A stretch of 63,917 nt of DNA. Source: Acidimicrobiia bacterium (GTDB taxonomy: Bacteria; Actinomycetota; Acidimicrobiia; Spongiisociales; SHLN01). The notes beneath the pieces are model-generated. The model saw only the letters and a list, made by a program, of their open reading frames with translations, had not been told where the DNA came from and searched no databases. The first letter of the stretch is position 1. Every line of letters starts with the position of its first letter. Made by a program: the position numbers and the translations under genes. Positions 8,110 through 16,600 of the stretch are shown here, piece after piece. The DNA is taken from contig JBFKDW010000006.1 of the NCBI GenBank assembly GCA_041619515.1, positions 1 to 63,917 of the forward strand, given 5' to 3'.

Positions 8110-11100
8110 CTACTGATACCCGAAGTCGACGATCTCGCGCTGGAGATGGGCCAGGTCGATGATGGTCGGGTTGTTGCCCGTCGTCAGCACCAGACCGGCC
8201 GGGACCGTGGAGGCCTTGACACTCACCTTGAACGGGCCCGGGTCGAGACCCCCGAACGCGTACTGTCCGTCCGCCCCGGTCACCACCGAGGAGAACCCAT
8301 CATCACCACCACCAAACACCCCGTCGGGCCCCGCCGAACGCAAAGTCACCTTCACCCCGCCCAGACCATCCTCACCCACGTCCCGCACCCCGTCACCATC
8401 CCCATCCCCGAACACCGTCCCCGAAATCGACGTCAACACCGCCGGATCCGCATACCCAAAGTCGATGATCTCGCGCTGGAAATGGGCCAGGTCGACGATG
8501 GTCGGGGTGTTGCCCGTCGTCAGCACCAGACCGGCCGGGACCGTCGAGGCCTTCACACTCACCTTGTGCAACCCCGGATCCAAGCCCCCGAACACATACT
8601 GTCCGTCCGCCCCCGTCACCACCGAGGAGAACCCATCATCACCACCACCAAACACCCCATCGGGCCCCGCCGAACGCAAAGTCACCTTCACCCCGCCCAG
8701 ACCATCCTCACCCACGTCCCGCACCCCGTCACCATCGGTATCCCCAAACACCGTCCCCGAAATCGACGTCAACACCGCCGGATCCGCATACCCGAAGTCG
8801 ACGGTCTCGGGCACCTCTGCCACCAGGTCGACGATGGTCGGGTTGTTGCCCGTGCTCGACATCAGCCCGGCCGGGACCGTCGAGGCCTTCACGCTCACCT
8901 TGTGCAACCCCGGATCCAACCCCCCGAACACATAGGCACCGTCCGCCCCCGTCACCACCGAGGAGAACCCATCATCACCACCACCGAACACCCCATCGGG
9001 CCCCGCCGAACGCAAAGTCACCTTCACCCCGCCCAGACCATCCTCACCCACGTCCCGCACCCCGTCACCATCGGTATCCCCAAACACCGTCCCCGAGATC
9101 GACGTCGGATCGATGGTCACCACCACCGTGCCGGGGCCGGAACGGCCGAGGCCGTCGTCGACGCGAAAGGCGAACGACTCCGTGCCGGTCGATCCCGAAT
9201 CCGGGGTGTAGGTGACGACGGCGGTGCAGACGTTCACGGCTGAGCAATCCACCTCGCCTATCGGGCCCAGCGTGCCGCCGCTCGGGGGATCGGTAATGGA
9301 GAACATGAGGTCGTCGTCGTCTGCATCCGAGCCCCGCAGCGTCACCTCCACCGGAGCCCCGGTCGACAACGCCGACCCGTCGTCGGCGGTCGGCACCGTG
9401 TTGGAGGCGAGCGCCTCCACCTGACCGCCACTCAGGCCCCGCTGGTAGATCCGCACATCGTCGATGAGCCCGTCCCAGAACTGGGGGCCGGCGCCGGGAG
9501 GCTGCGCGCCGCCGGCGACGGTGACGCCGGGATCCTGATCGACTGCCCCCGTCAGCCCGGCGCTGCCAACCAGCACCCCATCCAGGTAGAGATTCACGGC
9601 CGAGCCCGTGTAGGACATGGCACCGTGGTACCAGGTGCCGGGGCTGAGATCTCCCGAGCCGGCTATCACGGTGGTGGTGGCGCCGTCGACCCGGACGCGG
9701 CCCCGCAGCCGGACCTGGCCTCCCTGCAAGATGGTGCTCAGCATGAAGATGTGGTCGTCCTCGTTTGACCCGGTTGCCTTGGACACGATGCGGGCATCGC
9801 CATGGGAGCCGGGAAAGCTGTCGGCGTTGAACCAGGCGGCCACGGTGAGCCCGGGCCCGGCAACGTCGACCGTTCCCATGTCCACCCAGTCGTCGACACC
9901 GTCGAGGCCGACCGAGTGGGAGCTTCCATCCGCCGAGTCTGGTACGAACGAAGCTCCTCCCATGAGCGTCGCGTCGTTTCCGAACCCGCTGGCGTCGCCG
10001 GCGACCACTCCGGATCCCTCGTCGAGCGGGAGCCACACGATGGGTCCCTGCGGCGTGAACCTCGGCAGGAGTGACGCGTATGGGCCCGGGTCGACCGGCG
10101 GTGCCACCGCTGCAATCGCCTCTTCCACAATCGGCACTGCCGCCGGCCCGAAGGTGTTCCCGGACAGCGTCACCGGATCGCATCCCCCGCCGTTCCAGAA
10201 CGGAGCATGCGAACCGTCGGCGCGGATGGCAGTGGCCACGTTGTTGGTCACCTGAACCGGGCCGCACGGGTCGGGGTACTGCTTCCACACGTAGATGGCG
10301 GTGTTGCCGGCGGCCGGATCGTCCAGGTAGGAGTTGAGCACGTAGTTGCCGTCGACCACCTGGTCGGTGCCGCTGGAAATGCCGATACCGCATTGGCCGG
10401 TCCAGTCGGCGATATTGTTGCGGAACTCGACCTCGTTCGCCGAGACGTCGGCGATGTAGGCACACCCGCTGGGGCTGGTGCCTCCATACATGTAGTTGTT
10501 CGATACCACCACGCCATCGGTGAAGCCGAGGCTGATGGCATCTTCCTGGTCTTCCGGGAACGCCGCGCCGGGATCGTTGGTGGCGATCCCGTAGTTGTTG
10601 TCGATGAGAATGTTGCTGCTGCGGGGTCCCCCGGTCAGCCATATCTGTACGTGCTGGCCGCGCGGGAAGGGGCCGAGGGGATTGATGAACAGGTTCGACT
10701 GGATGGTGGCGTTGACGACCGACTGGAACATCACGTTGGTCTCGCCGTAGGCGATCACGTTCTCGTCGACGAGTATGTCTGTGCTGTTGCGGGCGTGAAT
10801 GCCGTCGGCCAAATCACAGCAGACGAACACCGGATACTCCGGGTGGATGTGGTTGCGTGAGATCGTGAGGGCCTGCGAGTCGATGATCTCCACCCCCATG
10901 CCGGCGCAGGTGCCGATGTCGGAATCAGCGATCGTGACACTGGTCGATCCGAACATGTAGATGCAGTGGCTGTCGGCCGAGGTGGTAATGACCTTTTCGA
11001 TGGTGACGTCGGTGGCCGAGTTCAACAAGAACGGGGCACAGACCGGTTCGGGAGGCGGGTCTCCCGGCATCCACTTGGGGTCGTCGATGCAGCCGGCGGC

Positions 11101-12252
11101 GCCCGTCGAGACCTCGAGATTGCGCACGGTCACCCCGGACGCGTTCTCGATCAGGATGCCGCCCGCCCCGCTGAGCCTGGCAACCGACGCCCCATCGCCG
11201 TCTGTCTGACCGAGCAAGGTCGTCTCGGCCGGCAGGACGATCGAGCCCAATGCAAAGTCGCCCGCCTCGAGGAAAAAGGTGTTGCCCGGCCCGGCCGAGT
11301 CGATCGCAGCCGCCACGTCCGAGCCGGGCGACAGCACGATGGCGCCGGGCGGCGGGGGTGAGAAACTGCAATCGGAGCCCACGCTGCTCGAGTCCAACAA
11401 CCCGCTCGTGACACCGTGAAACTCGAACACCATGCCGATATCGCACGCCCGGACCAGCATGGACCCGAACTCGCTGTTGAGGGCGAGCTCGCTCTCGGGC
11501 ACAGGTGGACCCAAACCGTGCAGATCGCGCCCGCCGACGCCGGACACGAAGTAGGGGATGCCGTCGGCCTCGAGCCGCTCGTAGATGTGGTCGTGCCCGG
11601 CAAACACCGCGTCGGCGCCCCAGGCACTGAAGGGCCATTGCAGGGCCGGATACGAGCCGTGGTGATCACCCGAGGAGAACGGTGGATGGTGCATCGCCAC
11701 CACCTGCCACGGGGCGGTGGAGGCCGCCAGCCCGGCTTGCAGCCAGGACTGCTGGGCAGCCATCTCGTCGGGGATCGTCAGGGCCGCTTCGGTGTCGACG
11801 ACGAAGACGTGCACCGGGCCGCGGACCACGTCGTAGTACCGCTCGTTTCCCGAGGTATTGGACGAGACCGCGGACGCACCCGGCAGGTCGAAATAGTCGA
11901 GGTACGCCGAGACCCCACCGGTGTCCCAATAGTCATGGTTGCCGAGCGCAGGAAAGAAGTCGCCGGCGGCAATGGCGGCGCCGTAGTAGGCGCCCACGTG
12001 GGTGGCGTAGTCGGCCGAGCCGTAGATGTTGTCACCGGTGGTGACCAGGAAATCCGGACCAAGGGTTCCGTTGACCAGACCGGCGACCGCCGCCTCATCC
12101 GCGTCGTCGTCTCCGTAGTCGCCGAACACGGCAAACTCGACGGTGAAGGGGCTGGTGGCTGCCACCGCCGGTGAAGGCATGGTTGCGGCGACCGCCAGCG
12201 AGCTGCTCAGTACCAGCCACGCGACCAGGGCGCCGTGTGTTGAACGTCGAAT
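8110..12252 (-). CDS. Secreted metallophosphoesterase + parallel beta-helix + LamG + Ig-like + 3x SdrD-B-like
   Basis: GDYG, GDNIY, GNHD, HHPP, GHDH motifs; beta-helix rungs (ISRNHI, VDENVI, IDNNY); LamG motifs WYHGAMSY and GLIDDVRIY. First ATG is 12180; the proposed start is ATT 12252. Confidence 0.85.
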   Translation of the reverse strand: MRRSTHGALVAWLVLSSSLAVAATMPSPAVAATSPFTVEFAVFGDYGDDDADEAAVAGLVNGTLGPDFLVTTGDNIYGSADYATHVGAYYGAAIAAGDFFPALGNHDYWDTGGVSAYLDYFDLPGASAVSSNTSGNERYYDVVRGPVHVFVVDTEAALTIPDEMAAQQSWLQAGLAASTAPWQVVAMHHPPFSSGDHHGSYPALQWPFSAWGADAVFAGHDHIYERLEADGIPYFVSGVGGRDLHGLGPPVPESELALNSEFGSMLVRACDIGMVFEFHGVTSGLLDSSSVGSDCSFSPPPPGAIVLSPGSDVAAAIDSAGPGNTFFLEAGDFALGSIVLPAETTLLGQTDGDGASVARLSGAGGILIENASGVTVRNLEVSTGAAGCIDDPKWMPGDPPPEPVCAPFLLNSATDVTIEKVITTSADSHCIYMFGSTSVTIADSDIGTCAGMGVEIIDSQALTISRNHIHPEYPVFVCCDLADGIHARNSTDILVDENVIAYGETNVMFQSVVNATIQSNLFINPLGPFPRGQHVQIWLTGGPRSSNILIDNNYGIATNDPGAAFPEDQEDAISLGFTDGVVVSNNYMYGGTSPSGCAYIADVSANEVEFRNNIADWTGQCGIGISSGTDQVVDGNYVLNSYLDDPAAGNTAIYVWKQYPDPCGPVQVTNNVATAIRADGSHAPFWNGGGCDPVTLSGNTFGPAAVPIVEEAIAAVAPPVDPGPYASLLPRFTPQGPIVWLPLDEGSGVVAGDASGFGNDATLMGGASFVPDSADGSSHSVGLDGVDDWVDMGTVDVAGPGLTVAAWFNADSFPGSHGDARIVSKATGSNEDDHIFMLSTILQGGQVRLRGRVRVDGATTTVIAGSGDLSPGTWYHGAMSYTGSAVNLYLDGVLVGSAGLTGAVDQDPGVTVAGGAQPPGAGPQFWDGLIDDVRIYQRGLSGGQVEALASNTVPTADDGSALSTGAPVEVTLRGSDADDDDLMFSITDPPSGGTLGPIGEVDCSAVNVCTAVVTYTPDSGSTGTESFAFRVDDGLGRSGPGTVVVTIDPTSISGTVFGDTDGDGVRDVGEDGLGGVKVTLRSAGPDGVFGGGDDGFSSVVTGADGAYVFGGLDPGLHKVSVKASTVPAGLMSSTGNNPTIVDLVAEVPETVDFGYADPAVLTSISGTVFGDTDGDGVRDVGEDGLGGVKVTLRSAGPDGVFGGGDDGFSSVVTGADGQYVFGGLDPGLHKVSVKASTVPAGLVLTTGNTPTIVDLAHFQREIIDFGYADPAVLTSISGTVFGDGDGDGVRDVGEDGLGGVKVTLRSAGPDGVFGGGDDGFSSVVTGADGQYAFGGLDPGPFKVSVKASTVPAGLVLTTGNNPTIIDLAHLQREIVDFGYQ
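8116..9108 (-). repeat. Three tandem near-identical 336-nt (112-aa) SdrD-B-like module repeats
   Basis: The anchor gtccccga recurs at 8417, 8753 and 9089, and the translated units are almost identical. Confidence 0.95.
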
Positions 12253-12334
12253 CGATGTGCCTTCCCGCCCGCCTGTCCGCCACTGATCGTGGTAGTCATC
12301 CAGTGTATCGAGTGGCCGTTGTCTCCGCCGCGAC

Positions 12335-13405
12335 CTAGTTCGACGGGACGAACACGATGACGCGCACCGAATCGGTGAAGGTCCCGGAGGCGGTGGTCAT
12401 CGTCGCAGTCACGAGGTGAGACGCGGTGTCTTGCAGACCGGTCGACAGCCGTCCGGTGATGCTGGTGCCGGTCCCGAGTGGTCCGTCCAGATCGGACTCC
12501 CAACTGACGGTGAACGGAGCCGCACCGGGAACGTCGGCAGCGACCTCGAGTGCCACGTCGGCGACGAAATCCCCGGCGCCGGCATCGAAGGCGGCGGCAA
12601 AGGACTGGTTGTCGGCCGCGGGCGTACTGATCTCGATCGAGGCGAACTCACCGGCGGTCGGCAGCCACGTCATCTCGCCGAAGTCGAACTCGATATCGGC
12701 CACCACGGTGTCGTTCACGTTGGCGAGGAAGAACCGGGCGAGCGAGGGTCGAAAGATCCCGACGGTGTCATCTCCGGTGTCGTCCCAGTCGCCGGCCACG
12801 ATCCGATCGGACGGCACCCCGTAGTAGAACTCCTTCTCGGCGAACCCGGTGACGAGGTCGTTGCGCAGGTACACGAAGCCGCTCGACTCCCGGTACACGC
12901 CCACCGTGGTCACGCCATCGCCGTCGAAGTCGCCTGTGAAGGGACGGTCGCCCGGAACCCCGAAGAAGAACGAGAACTCGCCGACAACTGTGCCGAGCGT
13001 GTTGGCGATGAAGATCTCTCCGTTCCGGTACACGGCGAGGGTGTCGCAGCCGTCGTTGTCCCAGTCACCGACAAGGGGCAGGTCGCCGGGAATCCCGAAA
13101 TAGAAGGAGAGGTCGGCAACACCGAAATCGTTGGTGTTCCGCAGGTAGACGAATCCACTTGCCGGCCGGTACATGCCCACCGTGTCCACCCCGTCGCAAT
13201 CCCAGTCGCCCAGCAGGGGGATGTCGCCTGGGATCCCGTAGTAGAAGGTCGTCGCCTCGTCACCGCCCGTGCGCAGGTGCCACTGACCAGTGTTTGGATC
13301 GAACAGGGCAACCCGGGCGTCGGACGCGAACGCGGGAGCAACCGCCGCCAGCATGAGCAGCGACATCAGGCAAATGACCATCCAATGAACGCGCGACCTG
13401 AGCAC
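12335..13405 (-). CDS. Secreted FG-GAP/VCBS-like repeat (GDWDxDG) propeller protein with C-terminal Ig-like domain
   Basis: Signal peptide; four full FxxGxPGDxPxxGDWDxDGxDTxGxYR repeats plus one partial; WESDLDGPLGTG; ends VPSN. Confidence 0.85.
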   Translation of the reverse strand: MLRSRVHWMVICLMSLLMLAAVAPAFASDARVALFDPNTGQWHLRTGGDEATTFYYGIPGDIPLLGDWDCDGVDTVGMYRPASGFVYLRNTNDFGVADLSFYFGIPGDLPLVGDWDNDGCDTLAVYRNGEIFIANTLGTVVGEFSFFFGVPGDRPFTGDFDGDGVTTVGVYRESSGFVYLRNDLVTGFAEKEFYYGVPSDRIVAGDWDDTGDDTVGIFRPSLARFFLANVNDTVVADIEFDFGEMTWLPTAGEFASIEISTPAADNQSFAAAFDAGAGDFVADVALEVAADVPGAAPFTVSWESDLDGPLGTGTSITGRLSTGLQDTASHLVTATMTTASGTFTDSVRVIVFVPSN

Positions 13406-13634
13406 CGGGAAACCTCTCTCTCGTGGGTGGAGGAGTCTAGGAGCGCCGGGCGGCCCCGAAGTCGACTCCCGTGGTCGTTCCCGTATTGGGGGCGAAGACC
13501 CTCACCCGAATAGCGCGAAAACTTTCCACAATCCCGCCTGGCACTAAACCGAGCATATACGTAGGGTCGGCTACGGAGAGTGTGGGGGGCCGGACACCGT
13601 TCAGCCCTTCGAAGTCGAGGCGAAGGACAGGACC

Positions 13635-16600
13635 ATGTTTGTATCGAGATTCCCCGTACGAACGCACAGCATCTTTCTCACGGTCGCCCTACTGGCGGCC
13701 CTTCTCATTGCACCACCGGCGGCGATTGCCGCCGACCCGGTGCCGGGCGCTGAGTTCACGCTCACCATCCTTCACAACAACGATGGTGAGTCCCAGCTCA
13801 TCAACGCCGGCAGCGGGTTGGAGGATTTCGGCGGCGTTGCCCGCTTCAAGACCCTCGTCGACGGGCTGAGAGCCGATGCGGCCGCCAGCGGCAACGGCGT
13901 GCTCATGCTCTCCTCCGGTGACAACTTCCTCGCCGGGCCCGAGTTCAACGCCAGTCTCGAGAACGGCGTACCCTTCTACGACACCATCGCACTCGAAGCG
14001 ATCGGCTACGACGCCGTTTCCCTCGGCAACCACGACTTCGACTTCGGGCCCGACGTCCTGGCCGACTTCCTCGCCGGGTATACCGACGCCCCCCAGTATC
14101 TCTCCGCCAACCTCGACTTCACCGGCGAGCCCTCCCTGCAAGCTTTCGTCGACTCGGGTGTCATCGCACCGAGCACGGTGGTCACCACCGCCGGCGAAGA
14201 CATCGGCATCATCGGCGCCGTCACCCCCTCCCTCCGCTCCATCTCCAGCCCGCGCAACGTCGTCATCGATTTCGACGTGGCCGGGGCCATCCAAACCGAA
14301 ATCGATGCGCTCACCGCGGCCGGCATCGACAAGATCGTGGTCATCAGCCATCTGCAGGACATCGATGAGGACGTGGCGCTGGCCGCCAACCTGTCCGGAG
14401 TCGACGTCATGATCGCCGGCGGCGGCGACGAGCTGCTCGCCAACCCGGGCGATCCTCTGGTCCCGGGTGAGGAAGGTGATGTCTTCGGCCCGTACCCGAT
14501 CTTCGCCACGGGCGGCGACGGAGCCCAGATACCGGTGGTGACAACCCCCGGTGAATACAAGTACGTCGGCCGGCTCTCGGTTGGCTTCGATGCCGACGGC
14601 AACGTCACGGACGTGGGTGCCGACAGCGGTCCCAAGGTCGTCGACGGCACCCTGGTTGCCGACCCGGGCCTGCAAGCCTCGGTGGTCGATCCGGTCGTAG
14701 CGGCCGTCGCCACCCTCGACGCCACCGTCATCGGGACCAGTGAGGTGGCGCTCGACGGCACCCGGGCGAGTGTCCGGAGCGTCGAGAGCAACGAGGGGAA
14801 TTTGCTGGCCGATGCCCTCAAATGGCAGGCCACCGAGCTGGCCGCCGACTTCGGCGTGGGCGCACCCGACGTGGCTATTCAGAACGGCGGCGGTATCCGC
14901 AACAACACGATCATCCCGGCCGGCGACATCACGCTGCTGGACACCTTCGACATCGCCCCCTTCTCCAACTTCGTCTCGGTCATCGAGGACATTCCCCGCA
15001 CCCAGTTCCGGGCCATACTCGAGAACGCCGTCTCCCAGGTTCCTGGGGGCGGTCGCTTCGCCCAGATAGCCGGCTTCTCATTCGTGTACGACCCCTTCGG
15101 CATTCCCATGGTCATCGACGATGAGACCGGCGTGGTCACCCAGGTGGGCAACCGCATCGTCGACGTGGTCCTCGACGACGGCACAGTGGTGGTCGACGGC
15201 GGCAAGGTGGTGGCCGGTGATCCCGTCACCATCGCCACTATCGACTTCCTGGCGCGCGGCGGCGACCAGTACCCGTTCAGCGGCGCTTCGTTCACCTCGA
15301 TCGGCGTGTCCTACCAGCAGGCGCTGGCCAACTACATCGTCGACGGGCTCGGTGGCTCCATCACCGCCGCCGGTTACCCCGAAGGCGGCGAGGGTCGCAT
15401 CGCCACACTGCCCGCTCCGACCGATTTTGGGCTCGTCATCCACCACAACAACGACGGTGAAAGCCAGCTGATCAACGCCGGCAGCGGCCTCGAGGACTTC
15501 GGCGGGGTCGCCCGTTTCGGCCGCCTGCTCGACGGCCGGCGCCGCATAGCCTCCAACGAGCGGTTCGGCAGCATCCTGTTGTCTTCGGGCGACAACTTCC
15601 TGGCCGGACCCGAGTTCAACGCCAGCCTGGAGAATGGCGTGCCGTTCTACGACACCATCGCCATGGACAAACTCGGCTACGACGCCATCGCCATCGGCAA
15701 CCACGACTTCGACTTCGGCCCCGACGTGCTGGCCGACTTCATCGAGGGCTACAGCGAGACGATGCCACCCTATGTCTCGGCCAACCTCGATTTCACGGGT
15801 GAGCCGCGTCTGCAGGCACTGGTCGATGCCGGGCGGATCGTTTCGAGCACCGTCATCAGCGAACGCGGGGTCGACATCGGCATCGTGGGTGCCACCACTC
15901 CCAACATCGACTTCATCTCGAGCCCGCGCAACGTCGAGGTGATGGACGACGTGGCCGGCATCGTGCAGGCCGAGGTGGACGCCCTCACCGCCTCGGGCGT
16001 GAAAATCATCATCCTCATCAGCCACCTGCAGGACATAGACGAGGACATCGCGCTCGCCGCCATGTTGTCGGAAGTCGACGTCATGATCGCCGGCGGCGGC
16101 GACGAACTGCTCGCCAATCCCGGCGACCCGCTGGTTCCCGGCGAGGAGGGCGACGTGTTCGGGCCGTACCCGATCGTCGCCACCGACGCCGACGGCGCCG
16201 AGGTGCCCGTCGTCACCACCCCCGGTGAGTACAAGTACGTGGGCGAGCTGTGGATCGGCTTCGACCCCGACGGCAAGACCACCCTCTGGGGAGGCCGTCC
16301 CATTCCGGTGAAGGGCGCCTCGGATGCCGACATCTACAACGCAGCCGTGCAGCCCGTCATCGATGCGGTTGCCACGCTCGACGCCACCGTGATCGGAACG
16401 AGCGAGGTCGACCTCGACGGCACCCGCACCAGCGTGCGCAGCGTCGAATCAAACGAAGGCAACCTGATCGCCGACGCCCTCCGCTGGCAGGCCGGTGAGC
16501 TGGCCGCCGAGTTCGGCGTTGCCGTTCCCGATGTCGCCTTGCAGAACGGGGGCGGCATCCGCAACAACACAGTCATCGCCGCCGGCGACATCACGCTGCT

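Noticed and set aside
8116..9108. Possible CRISPR array
   Set aside because: The units are 336-nt in-frame coding repeats with no unique spacers, and there are no cas genes.
12207..12299. Short out-of-frame ORF MTTTISGG... as an upstream ORF or frameshifted start of the phosphatase
   Set aside because: Its ATG is 2 nt from the putative -10 box, so probably upstream of the TSS. SD plus ATT explains the signal peptide more simply, although this is not fully excluded.
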